DNA of 63,725 bases, filler included, from Octopus bimaculoides (lineage: Eukaryota): assembly GCF_001194135.2 (NCBI RefSeq). It is 4 parts of 4 records of this genome, joined end to end, with 100 filler letters (N's around TTAATTAATTAA, not from the genome) between each part and the next. Parts side by side here need not be neighbours in the genome. Positions count along the whole stretch, not along the records: positions 1 to 28,400 come from NC_068986.1; positions 28,501 to 56,228 come from NC_068983.1; 2 more parts are not named here. One strand, given 5' to 3'. Each line of letters starts with the position of its first letter. The first letter of the stretch is position 1. Below are positions 25,201-37,875 of this stretch, one piece after another. Both the position numbers and the translations under genes were made by a program. The notes under the pieces are model-generated. The model searched no databases and was not told the origin of the DNA. It saw nothing but the letters and a program-made list of their open reading frames with translations.

Positions 25201-28200
25201 ATCCTTCTCTATGAACAATAGCATCATTAAACATTTGATTTTCAACGACATACATAACTTGGAATAGTTTGTTAGTTAATCAAACCTCATGGATACACTA
25301 GCATATGCATGCGTCAGGTGTGTGCGGACGCGCAAAGAGCATGCTTGGGTGTCTATGTATGTACTTATATAAACACATACACACACATAAGTATTATATA
25401 TATATATATATATATATATNNNNNNNNNNNNNNNNNNNNNNNNNNNNNNNNNNNNNNNNNNNNNNNNNNNNNNNNNNNNNNNNNNNNNNNNNNNNNNNNN
25501 NNNNNNNNNNNNNNNNNNNNNNNNNNNNNNNNNNNNNNNNNNNNNNNNNNNNNNNNNNNNNNNNNNNNNNNNNNNNNNNNNNNNNNNNNNNNNNNNNNNN
25601 NNNNNNNNNNNNNNNNNNNNNNNNNNNNNNNNNNNNNNNNNNNNNNNNNNNNNNNNNNNNNNNTACATATATACGTATACATACATGCATACATACATAA
25701 ATACATGCATACCTATGTACACACATACACACACAATCACCCCCACACACCCACACATATATGGTATGATACATCGAACGTTGCTGAAATTTCAAAACCA
25801 ATTGTTGCCTTTGTTCTTGCTTAAAAATTGTATTCTTCTTTTACCTCTTACGAAATTTTGTTATGTTTACAACTTATTTGGATTTACTGCTCAAACCCGT
25901 TCTTTTCACTTCATCCTCTTGCTAAGGAACTAATGATTTGTAACAATAAACGATGTGAGTGTCTTGCAAAAATTGTAGAGTAAATAGTTTCGTGGTGAGA
26001 AGTTTATTAGCTGCCAGTTACAATAGCAATTTCAGCAAAGCATTTTTACTCAGACGTTTGTAACCGTCATTGTTAGTTCCACAAATTTTATTTAGATACT
26101 TATTTCACATGTAAAGGAAACATTTTCTCTTCAAGCATCAATTGTTTGATTTATATAAGGTGGCAGAATGCTTCTGTATAACAATATAGATTGGATTTAC
26201 AATGGCTTACTTGCATACAGCCTTCATCTGTGACTAACAAGCATACTGCACTATGTCATGTTTGTATGTTGAATATAGTATCTCTCCTCTTTATAGAAGG
26301 CACGTTGCAGCGAACATTACGTTTTATGCATAAATTGTAATTTATAAAAAAAACCCGAGATGTTGAACGTCACACAAGACTTCCAAATTTACTCTTCTTT
26401 ACAGCCTTGAAAGTAACAAAAAGGAAATTCAAGTTTTATAATTTTCCAATACCACATTGCCTTTTCGTGCCCACAATATGGACTCCTTTCCACCGTAGTT
26501 ACTGTTTTTCATTTCTTGTGATTCTCTATTCAAATTTCCTGTAGATATATGTGTATATACACATACATACATATATTTATATATGTGTGTGTGTGTGTGA
26601 GTATATACACATGNNNNNNNNNNNNNNNNNNNNNNNNNNNNNNNNNNNNNNNNNNNNNNNNNNNNNNNNNNNNNNNNNNNNNNNNNNNNNNNNNNNNNNN
26701 NNNNNNNNNNNNNNNNNNNNNNNNNNNNNNNNNNNNNNNNNNNNNNNNNNNNNNNNNNNNNNNNNNNNNNNNNNNNNNNNNNNNNNNNNNNNNNNNNNNN
26801 NNNNNNNNNNNNNNNNNNNNNNNNNNNNNNNNNNNNNNNNNNNNNNNNNNNNNNNNNNNNNNNNNNNNNNNNNNNNNNNNNNNNNNNNNNNNNNNNNNNN
26901 NNNNNNNNNNNNNNNNNNNNNNNNNNNNNNNNNNNNNNNNNNNNNNNNNNNNNNNNNNNNNNNNNNNNNNNNNNNNNNNNNNNNNNNNNNNNNNNNNNNN
27001 NNNNNNNNNNNNNNNNNNNNNNNNNNNNNNNNNNNNNNNNNNNNNNNNNNNNNNNNNNNNNNNNNNNNNNNNNNNNNNNNNNNNNNNNNNNNNNNNNNNN
27101 NNNNNNNNNNNNNNNNNNNNNNNNNNNNNNNNNNNNNNNNNNNNNNNNNNNNNNNNNNNNNNNNNNNNNNNNNNNNNNNNNNNNNNNNNNNNNNNNNNNN
27201 NNNNNNNNNNNNNNNNNNNNNNNNNNNNNNNNNNNNNNNNNNNNNNNNNNNNNNNNNNNNNNNNNNNNNNNNNNNNNNNNNNNNNNNNNNNNNNNNNNNN
27301 NNNNNNNNNNNNNNNNNNNNNNNNNNNNNNNNNNNNNNNNNNNNNNNNNNNNNNNNNNNNNNNNNNNNNNNNNNNNNNNNNNNNNNNNNNNNNNNNNNNN
27401 NNNNNNNNGAAAACATATCATCTCGACTATGCTGCTATTCCACAGACTTGTCTGCAAACATCCTCAAAATGACTTTCTAAAATCAAATTCCATTATGCAG
27501 CTGAGGAGTACATTTTCATTGTACATTCTATGGTGTTCTCACCACATGAATAAATGGAGCTTGTACGGTACGATACGTACTGCTATAACCTATTGAATTT
27601 TTGTTGCTTATCTTCAAATTTTTATTCACGAAATCTCTTCATTTTGTTTTTGGTTTTTATCCTACCAAATTCTGGTGCCTCAAAGATAGATAGATAAATA
27701 CATACATACATACATACATACATACATACATACATACATAAGAAGATAGATAGTGATCTCTGTTGCTTCCCTAACTTTTAATCTTGCGTATGTGTTTTCG
27801 TCACATCGTAAATTGAAATGAATACTTTGTTTAGTTTACATGCTTCACGCATCTCATTGTAATGGAATCTTTCTCAATATCAACTTTTATATTTTACATA
27901 TTCCAATATGTTGTTCTGTTTTCTGAATGTTTTGCAAATTTACGTGTCTTTACAATTTATATATCTTTTTTTTTCATTTAGATGAGTTCCGTTAAAATTA
28001 AGAATACCTTTCAATGTATGAATACATATGCTCGAATGACATTCGTGACATACGTATTAAGAATGTTGTTCACACAACACTATTGCGGAATTTTAATGTT
28101 TTCTGAAGATCACCATAAAATAGAAGGTTTGATGAGCGTTGTCAGGAATGAATATCACGTATTTATATTCTCATAGTGAAGCATTCAAAGAAACATTTGT

Positions 28201-28233
28201 TTATTCGGCAAAGCGTTCATGTATACGTAAATA

Positions 28234-28270
<37 letters not shown>

Positions 28271-28444
28271 ATGCTACTATTTACAAATTTTGTCATATAT
28301 TACCTATGTTCTGTATATATGAATATGCATCTACATATAAGTGTGTGCATTATATATGTATATATGTGTGTATATATATGTATATATGTGTATACATATG
28401 NNNNNNNNNNNNNNNNNNNNNNNNNNNNNNNNNNNNNNNNNNNN

Positions 28445-28456
28445 TTAATTAATTAA
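28445..28456. other. Synthetic scaffold-join spacer TTAATTAATTAA inside 44N+12+44N
   Basis: Identical 100-bp construct occurs three times; it gives stops in all six frames. Confidence 0.9.
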
Positions 28457-28760
28457 NNNNNNNNNNNNNNNNNNNNNNNNNNNNNNNNNNNNNNNNNNNN
28501 CTTGTACGTGTACATGCGCGCACGCCCGTGCGTATGAAGATGTTGTTTAAATATAACAGTTCCTAACTACGGGCTGATGTCAAACTTAGTGCAAACGTGT
28601 CACAGTGGAAATTCTAAAAGCATTGTTATATACAGTAAGATCCTTGCATAGCTTTACCGAGATTGGGTTGACACACTCGTTCACTCTATATACATTTATT
28701 CATATAGAAATAGCCCAATATATTTCTGTATATCTATAATTATGTGTATGTGAATACACA

Positions 28761-28801
<41 letters not shown>

Positions 28802-28881
28802 ACACACTCACACATACTCACACACACTCATACACACACACAGATGCAACCGCACAAACGCAAACACACACATTATACGCT

Positions 28882-28917
<36 letters not shown>

Positions 28918-29359
28918 GAGAGAGNNNNNNNNNNNNNNNNNNNNNNNNNNNNNNNNNNNNNNNNNNNNNNNNNNNNNNNNNNNNNNNNNNNNNNNNNNNN
29001 NNNNNNNNNNNNNNNNNNNNNNNNNNNNNNNNNNNNNNNNNNNNNNNNNNNNNNNNNNNNNNNNNNNNNNNNNNNNNNNNNNNNNNNNNNNNNNNNNNNN
29101 NNNNNNNNNNNNNNNNNNNNNNNNNNNNNNNNNNNNNNNNNNNNNNNNNNNNNNNNNNNNNNNNNNNNNNNNNNNNNNNNNNNNNNNNNNNNNNNNNNNN
29201 NNNNNNNNNNNNNNNNNNNNNNNNNNNNNNNNNNNNNNNNNNNNNNNNNNNNNNNNNNNNNNNNNNNNNNNNNNNNNNNNNNNNNNNNNNNNNNNNNNNN
29301 NNNNNNNNNNNNNNNNNNNNNNNNNNNNNNNNNNNNNNNNNNNNNNNNNNNNNNNNNNN

Positions 29360-29427
<68 letters not shown>

Positions 29428-29591
29428 ACGCATAATATACACATACTGTATATGTATTCATGTATGTATACATCTGTATGTACGTACCGTTCGATTATAT
29501 TTGACAGCACGTCTTTGCATTAATCTCACATTAGAAACATTAACATATAGATGTCCAGTCTAACTGCATATTGATATATTATAATTTACTT

Positions 29592-29645
<54 letters not shown>

Positions 29646-30249
29646 TCTGCCGGGATATGAGTGTCAGTCCTAGTTCGTATTATTACTATTTTAAATAGCC
29701 ATTATAGTTATCAACTTCAATCTCACAGTACCTCATGCTTATTATTTTTTAAAATATTCTGTTCACTTTTCTTGGGAGCATGTCTTTGATTCTTATTTTC
29801 TTGTTGACAGCCATGCCTGCGTGACTGGTACCAAACTGTATCGGCTTTAAGATGGTGTCTTTTTTTCTTTTGAATAAATATCAGTGGTATGAGGGAGACT
29901 TGCATGCATAAGTACTGTCACTCATCTGCAAAGAGAAGCAGCCTTTCCCTATCCTATATACACAGTAGTTAAGCTGTTCATGTAGATATCTTTAGGTGAA
30001 TTAGATATGCAGAAGTGTATGACGATGCCTGTATGACAGACATGTGAAAAACTTGAGGGTCTATTTAATCAGTGGGATGTTCCAAAAAATATATATTTTA
30101 AAAATGTGTAAATATCATGCAAAATCTGAGTATCAATGTGGAAATTTATAAGAAACAGGTCAAGAGGTAAGGAGTTTGGGAATCCGTAGTGAGTACGGTG
30201 ACTGCTTGATGTTGGCAAGATCATGGACTAATGTAGTGTGGATAGTATT

Positions 30250-30490
30250 TTCCACTGGCTTAGAAAGTACTTATTAAAGTGAGAGTGACTTGTGAAAATC
30301 TGTTCTGATGTTTAAGTAATTCGCAGAATTTTTCAAGTTCATTATTATCTGTACTTTATCCGTTGGACATAGCTGACAATTCTTGACCCTTTTCGTATAT
30401 GGCCTAATTCACTCTAAAATTTTCCATTTGATGCCACAATCAGCGTTGTAATTTTCAAGCTTCCATAGTTAGCCTGCACACCAGTAGTTA
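30250..30490 (-). mobile_element. Penelope-like element, C-terminus of GIY-YIG endonuclease region
   Basis: Minus translation CGIKWKILE*IRPYTKRVKNCQLCPTDKVQII...YLNIRTDF fits the PLE terminal KWxIL...CxLCxxEK...LNxRxE motif. Confidence 0.7.
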
Positions 30491-30570
30491 TTTTATCAAC
30501 TTATTTGAAAGACGCATTATGGTTAAGATCTCTTCAGTTTCATACATAATCAACCCAACGTTACACACCG

Positions 30571-30624
<54 letters not shown>

Positions 30625-31455
30625 TGAGAGAGAGAGAGAGAGAGATTACACACATACACACACACACATACACATGCATATGTCTGTATGTGTACATATG
30701 TATGCATATGTGTGTGGATGCGTGTGGATGTGTGTGTATGTTCGTATTATAAAATAAGTGATTCGTAGAGCTTGTGGTATAACGTATATTCGATGGTTTA
30801 GAACTGTTTCAACAACTTGAGGTGACTAATCACACAGCCTGTCTATAGACGTTGATGATAATGACGGTTTAATCATACATATTATGTAATGCATATTACA
30901 TAATAGTAACACTAGTTCTTTCTTCAGGACTAACTGAATGTATATATATGCATAATTCTTATACAAAAATGCTATTGACAGTGACTTCGAAGTTTCAGTC
31001 AGTTGAGCTATCATCGAAACTTCGAAGTCACAGTCAACAACATTCTTGTATAAGTATAATAGATTTGCACTCTACAAAAGTATAGAGTAACTCGTCAGAT
31101 TAATGTTAAATTGTTTTTATATCTGAACATAAAAACAAATATTAATATATATTAATATATAACGTAGTAAATAATCCACAAGCACTCGAGTAAACAGTCC
31201 TCAACTTGTTCCATTTGCCAAAAGGTTTGCAAGGCACCAGCAAATCTCAAGAGATACATGCGCGTGCGCGTGTATACTATAGGTGGCTAATTCGCAATTT
31301 TACAACCTAAAGGCAGAAATATATACGCCGCTAAAGCGACAAAGGGCACTAATCAGCAGCAGTATTGCTAGAAATACGAGTCAAAACAATTTAATAGCCA
31401 CAGGAGCATTCTCTTAACGGCTGACAAGGGAGGAAAGCTCCCTTCAGTAGTAGTA

Positions 31456-31495
<40 letters not shown>

Positions 31496-32440
31496 TTTAC
31501 NNNNNNNNNNNNNNNNNNNNNNNNNNNNNNNNNNNNNNNNNNNNNNNNNNNNNNNNNNNNNNNNNNNNNNNNNNNNNNNNNNNNNNNNNNNNNNNNNNNN
31601 NNNNNNNNNNNNNNNNNNNNNNNNNNNNNNNNNNNNNNNNNNNNNNNNNNNNNNNNNNNNNNNNNNNNNNNNNNNNNNNNNNNNNNNNNNNNNNNNNNNN
31701 NNNNNNNNNNNNNNNNNNNNNNNNNNNNNNNNNNNNNNNNNNNNNNNNNNNNNNNNNNNNNNNNNNNNNNNNNNNNNNNNNNNNNNNNNNNNNNNNNNNN
31801 NNNNNNNNNNNNNNNNNNNNNNNNNNNNNNNNNNNNNNNNNNNNNNNNNNNNNNNNNNNNNNNNNNNNNNNNNNNNNNNNNNNNNNNNNNNNNNNNNNNN
31901 NNNNNNNNNNNNNNNNNNNNNNNNNNNNNNNNNNNNNNNNNNNNNNNNNNNNNNNNNNNNNNNNNNNNNNNNNNNNNNNNNNNNNNNNNNNNNNNNNNNN
32001 NNNNNNNNNNNNNNNNNNNNNNNNNNNNNNNNNNNNNNNNNNNNNNNNNNNNNNNNNNNNNNNNNNNNNNNNNNNNNNNNNNNNNNNNNNNNNNNNNNNN
32101 NNNNNNNNNNNNNNNNNNNNNNNNNNNNNNNNNNNNNNNNNNNNNNNNNNNNNNNNNNNNNNNNNNNNNNNNNNNNNNNNNNNNNNNNNNNNNNNNNNNN
32201 NNNNNNNNNNNNNNNNNNNNNNNNNNNNNNNNNNNNNNNNNNNNNNNNNNNNNNNNNNNNNNNNNNNNNNNNNNNNNNNNNNNNNNNNNNNNNNNNNNNN
32301 NNNNNNNNNNNNNNNNNNNNNNNNNNNNNNNNNNNNNNNNNNNNNNNNNNNNNNNNNNNNNNNNNNNNNNNNNNNNNNNNNNNNNNNNNNNNNNNNNNNN
32401 NNNNNNNNNNNNNNNNNNNNNNNNNNNNNNNNNNNNNNNN

Positions 32441-32479
<39 letters not shown>

Positions 32480-33064
32480 ATGCATATTACATAATACCAC
32501 GCAGTGGTACTGAACGGTCTCAGAATGTAGTATGCATGTATGTATGTACTTATGTATGGTCCAGTAGCCAGTGTACTGTAGCATGTATACGTGCGTGTGT
32601 GTTTGTGAGTGTATGTGACTGTGATTCCAAATTCTGCAGTCGAGTTTCATTCGGAGCATGCACTTGTACGTACATCGTATGATGTGCATATGTGAAGACA
32701 ATGTTGTTTCTAATGATGATGATGATGATGAAGAGGATGATGATGATGATGTTGATGATGATGAGGATGATGGTGGTAGCGATGATGATGATGATGATGA
32801 TGTATGACTTGTAGGTATACTTTTATAGTTGCATATTATATTTGCACACATGCTGTGAGTAAGAGTCGGTTTATGTGCGTGTGTGTTTGCGCGCGCGTGT
32901 GAGTGCGTGTGGAGGTGTATGCGCGCGCGCGCGCGAGTGTGTGCGTGTATGTGTGTGTGTGTGTGTATGTGTGTGTGGAATTAAGTATAATTGAGGAATG
33001 TTTGTGCAACGGAAATTAATTGGAAAATATTTAAAGCACTGAAATCACACATGCCTTTGCGTGC

Positions 33065-33069
33065 ACAGG

Positions 33070-33116
<47 letters not shown>

Positions 33117-33298
33117 GTCGTCGTCGTTGTCGTCATTATCATCGTCGTCGTCGTCGTCGTCGTCATCATCATCACCATCATCGTCATCACCACTATCAAT
33201 GATATGAACATGTTAAAGGTGATGAAAATCATGATCATGATCATGGCTCTAATCATCATCACTATCACCATGGTAGTAATAATAATGATGATAATAAT

Positions 33299-33388
<90 letters not shown>

Positions 33389-33415
33389 AATAATAATAAT
33401 AAATAAATAATGATA
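33065..33415. repeat. Compound (CAT)/(CGT)/(CAA)/(TAA)n microsatellite
   Basis: Read directly. Confidence 0.95.
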
Positions 33416-33585
33416 AGGAGTGGCTGTGTGGTAAGTAGCTTGCTTACCAACCACATGGTTCCAGGTTCATTCCCACTGCGTGGCACCTTGGGCAAGTGTC
33501 TTCTACTATAGCCTCGGGCCGACCAAAGCCTTGTGAGTGGATTTGGTAGACAGAAACTGAAAGAAGCCTGTTGTATATATACATG

Positions 33586-33616
<31 letters not shown>

Positions 33617-33830
33617 GTATGTATGTGTGTGTATGTGTGTCTGTGTTTGTCCCCCCAGCATCGCTTGACAACCGATGGTGGCGTGTTTACGTCCCCGTAA
33701 CTTAGCGGTTCGGCAAAAGAGACCGATAGAATAAGTACTAAGCATCCAAAGAATAAGTTCTGGCGTCGATTTACTCGACTAATGGCGGTGCTCCAGCATG
33801 GCCACAGTCAAATAACTGAAAGAAAAAGAG
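33416..33830 (+). mobile_element. Full-length SINE group B with internal (TA)/(TG)n
   Basis: tRNA-like head, central microsatellite, tail ending GGCGGTGCTCCAGCATGGCCACAGTC; five other copies in the window. Confidence 0.92.
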
Positions 33831-33834
33831 AGAG

Positions 33835-35027
33835 AGAGTATAATAATAATTGTACTAATAATATTCGGTATGGAGCTAGAATCATAAAATGGCAAAAGAA
33901 AGAATTGATGAACATGGATACGAAGACAAGAAAAATATTGACAGGACACAGAGCCTTCCACCCTAGGAGTAACATCGATAGGCTGTACTTGTCCAGAAGA
34001 AAGGGTGGGAGGGGTTTCATCAGTTGTCTGGATTGTATCGAAGCAGAGGAAAACAGCTTAGGGTGGTATGTAAAAAATACCGTGGCGCCATTGTTGAAGC
34101 ATGTGAAGAAGTCCAGCGTCATCAAAATTGATAATTGCGTAAAGAAAGAAAAACTGAAAGAAGAAAAAAAAAAGAAAAAAAAGAAATCGCATGGAAAGGA
34201 AAAAAATTTCAATCAGTTTGCAAGAAATACGAACGCCAAGATAGATATAGAAGAACTGTGGCTATGAATGAGGAGGAGTGACCTGAAGATAGAGACAGAA
34301 GCACTTATATGCGCAGCACAAAAACAAGCGTTAAGGACCATGTAAAGTGCAGAATCGACAACACTACCGACAGCGACAAATGCAGAATGTGTGGTGAGAG
34401 GGGTGAAATGGTGTGGCATATCGTTAGTGAATGCCTGGAATTAACACAACGCAAGTACAAAAGACGACATGACAAGGTGGTAAGAATGACGTATTGAGAG
34501 CTCTGCGGAAATCACGGCCTACAAAGAACAGAGACGTGGTATGAGTAAACCCCAGAAGGAGTCACCGGAAATAAAGATTGCAAAATCTTGTGGGATGCAA
34601 TGATTCAGTGCGATCACCTGACCAGACATCGGAAACCGGACATCGTTATTGTGAATAAAAAAGAAAGAACTTGCATGATAATCGACATAGCAGGTCCCGG
34701 TGACAACAGGGTCAAAGGGAAAGAAGAAGAAAAACTGGACAACTACGACGATTTGAAGATGAAAATACGAAGCTTGTTGTGAATGAGGAGAGTTGACGTG
34801 ATACTAATAGTAATTGTCACACTTGGAAGTATCAGCATCCAACTATCAACATGGCTCAAAAAAACTAGTACAAATGAACACCTACAAAAATCAGCATTGC
34901 TTGAACTGCAAGAATTCTTGGCAGGGTTCTTGAAGCATGACCAGTAAACAGGTGTCACCTTAGTCTGCTAACACTTTCCATCACACCAGCAAAGTAAGCT
35001 GAGAGTTTTCATCAAATGATAATAATA
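33835..35027 (+). mobile_element. 5'-truncated RLE LINE (R4/Dong-like): RT thumb, CCHC knuckle, endonuclease, 3' UTR
   Basis: FHPRSNIDRLYLSRRKGGRGF; CRMCGERGEMVWHIVSEC; KRRHDKV; RKPDIVIVNKKERTCMIIDIAGPGD; TGATAATAATAAT tail; stops and frameshifts. Confidence 0.95.
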
Positions 35028-35243
35028 ATGGTTTCAAATTTTGGTATTAGGGCAGTAATCTTAGGGGAGAGGGTAAGTCGATTATATAGATACCAATATT
35101 CCGCTGGGACATTATTTTATTGACCCCGAAGGGATGAAAGGCAAATTCGGATTCGGTGGCTTTGAACTCAGAACGCGAAGAGCCGGAGAATTGTCACTAA
35201 GCATTTTGTCCAACGTACTCTCCTCTCTACCAGCTGATCGCCT
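35028..35243 (-). mobile_element. SINE group A
   Basis: Reverse-complement homology; its tail coincides with the LINE tail. Confidence 0.8.
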
Positions 35244-35244
35244 T

Positions 35245-35460
<216 letters not shown>

Positions 35461-35463
<3 letters not shown>

Positions 35464-36078
35464 TGCCTTGATTTATAATTAAAATGCCCTGATTTATAAT
35501 AAAATGGTGCAGTGCCAGGCAGTGGTTCTCATGGCTTCTTATCTTAACTGATTGGAGGTGCTATCATATACATTGTTTTGTCTTGGTATAAAAGATGGGC
35601 TACAGTAAATATTCTGCCCAATACCACAGATTTGCTTGTCTGTTGCTTGATCTTAAGCAGTTGAGCTTGTCCCTTAGTGGCTGACGATATGTGCATCTCT
35701 GATCACGAGCAGAAGTAGTGGGTGAGCATCATAGCAATGTGTTGAGAGGAATTCTTTGGGGTTTGGATAATTGACCTTTGGAAACATGGCTATTTCGTTC
35801 GACATCCTCAAACAACCTTTATTCAAGGACCTTTTGAACGGGATGGGCTACTCGACCTGAAGAAAATTCTAACTGGGCCCCACCTGCAAGGTCATGCGCT
35901 GTTTATCTTGAAATGAGACCACTATATCGCGCACACATGGTTGTGATGCATGTGCCTGGTATACCCTTATCAGACGGGTAGTCATGATGGGTATACCGGG
36001 CTTCGTATATTTTACCACAGTGTCACTTTGATGGCATGCCCTGCTCTCTCACTCAATAATAATAATAATAATAATGAT
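35461..36078. mobile_element. Unclassified ~580-bp non-coding interspersed element bounded by (AAT)n on both sides
   Basis: Sharp boundaries with (AAT)n, higher GC than flanks, no ORF in the track. I recall it as a high-copy octopus repeat (unverified). Confidence 0.6.
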
Positions 36079-36240
36079 AATGGTTTCAAACTTTGGCACA
36101 AGGCCAACAAGTTCGGGGAGAGAGCGTAAGTCGATTAAATCGAACATAGTACGATTTTATTGACTCCAAAAGGATGAAAGGCAAAGTCGACCCTGGAAGA
36201 ATTTGAACACAGAACGTAAAGACGGACGAAATGCCGCTTA
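36079..36240 (-). mobile_element. SINE group A, 5'-truncated
   Basis: GGTTTCAAACTTTGGCACAAGGCC...AAAGTCGACCCTGGAAGAATTTGAAC. Confidence 0.85.
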
Positions 36241-36267
36241 ATATTGTTGATGATGCCGATGCCATCG

Positions 36268-36510
36268 GCATTGTTTAACTGTAGTTCAACCCTAAGTGAA
36301 CAGACTTAAGATTAAAGGTACACAAACTAAAATCGTCTGATCTTTTTATCAATGTATATATCCTCTCGCCTCAGTATTTGTTGCAGTACAGTGACTAATT
36401 AAGAGGAACCCCCATTAGAAATTTAGAATGTTAACTAATATGTTTTTTCTTTATTTTAGACTGTAGGGTGTAATTCAAGCAAGGTTTAGCTGCTATTTGA
36501 ACAGCACTGA
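36268..36510 (-). mobile_element. Group D repeat (SINE/LINE 3' end with CAA tail), degenerate
   Basis: Reverse-complement similarity to 51075-51310. Confidence 0.5.
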
Positions 36511-36879
36511 AGTGATGATATATCATGGTTTAACAAACAACACAGTAATAGTCTCTCATTGAGAGTAGTTTCTTTTTTATTTTATATTTGTTTTCGTGTT
36601 ATTTCATAGAAAAACGTTATGTTGGCGATTTCGTTTTTTTCTTCCTCGTACATCAATTTTTGTTTCGGTGCATAAAATAATTAAGAAGAAACACAGTTAA
36701 AACGATGCTTGTTGTTAGTTATATAATAACAGGAAAACATTAATTTTATTTCAGATGACTTAGTACACATTTCTGCTGCATTAGTAAAACCATAGTTGCA
36801 AGTTTGCAAGTTTGCATGTCATTGTAATATCTACTGTAAAAAATATAATCCAGTGACCTTGATGCAGTTATTGTTTTCC

Positions 36880-37042
36880 TCTTATTATATAACAGTAAAC
36901 AGGATCACGGACCAACGGAAACATTAAATAGTGGCGTCTTAGATGCACTGTGTCTGAATAAAAGATGTAATGATCACGGTTGGAACACCTTTGATCATAA
37001 TTATTCTTGACCGGGAGCTTACTTCGGGGTTAAACAACAATA
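36880..37042 (+). mobile_element. Group D repeat 3' part
   Basis: CCTTTGATCATA...GGGGTTAAACAACAAT shared with 51230-51300. Confidence 0.6.
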
Positions 37043-37327
37043 GGAAGGATTAGCATTGGTATACACTCCAAATAAGAAGGATTAGCATTGGTGTACACTC
37101 ATTACTTCATTGATATAGAAAAAAATATTGCAAGAAACAAGACATAAAGATCATTACTTTCAGGATCAAGAATATAATATCAATTTCCCCGCTTTGGCAT
37201 CCATAGACTGTGTTTCTTTTTTCTTTTAATTTGTTTTCTTGTTATTTAATAGCAAAACGCTATGTTGGCGATTCTGTTTTTTTCTCTTCGTACATCAGTT
37301 AATCAAAAGCATGAAAATATAGGGTAT

Positions 37328-37548
37328 CATGGTTTTAATTAATAATTTTCAAGAAATGCATAAGGTCAAAAAATTTGGTGGGCGTGAGCGAAGTAGTCGA
37401 TTATATCAACTCTCAAGTAATCATACTTTATTGTATCAGCCTTTGAAAGTGTAAGGAAAAGTCGATGGGATTTGAACTCCGAATGTAAAGAACCAGAATA
37501 AATATTTTGTCCGATGTTTTCACGACTCTCCCAATCCATCACCATTTA
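37328..37548 (-). mobile_element. SINE group A, degenerate
   Basis: AGTCGATTATATCAAC...ATTTGAACTCCGAATGTAAAG. Confidence 0.65.
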
Positions 37549-37624
37549 ACGCTGTAATAAAAATGCTTTCTAAATTAAGTACAATATCACGACTATATTT
37601 TTTTAGTCTTATTTATTTATTTTG

Positions 37625-37875
37625 CAGGACGGGGAGATGTAGACGTTAAATCGATGCCATTTTTGAAAGCAAACTTGCCACCCGTGGTGGTGGCGATCCC
37701 TGTTGTACTCTTTCGCCCCAACTTTCTCTCACTCTTTCTTCCTGTTACTTGGGTAAAGCTGCGATGGACTGGCGTCCCGTCCAGCTGGGGGGGGGGCAAC
37801 ACATACGCCATAGAAACCGGAAAACCGGGCCCATGAGCCTGGCTACGCTTTAAAAGGGCGCATAAATAAAAAAAA
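37625..37875 (+). mobile_element. SINE sharing the group C core but with a different 3' module
   Basis: CAACTTTCTCTCACTCTT.CTTCCTGTT shared with 13580-13610, followed by GCTGCGATGGACTGGCGTCCCGTCCAG...GAAACCGG and an A-rich tail. Confidence 0.7.
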
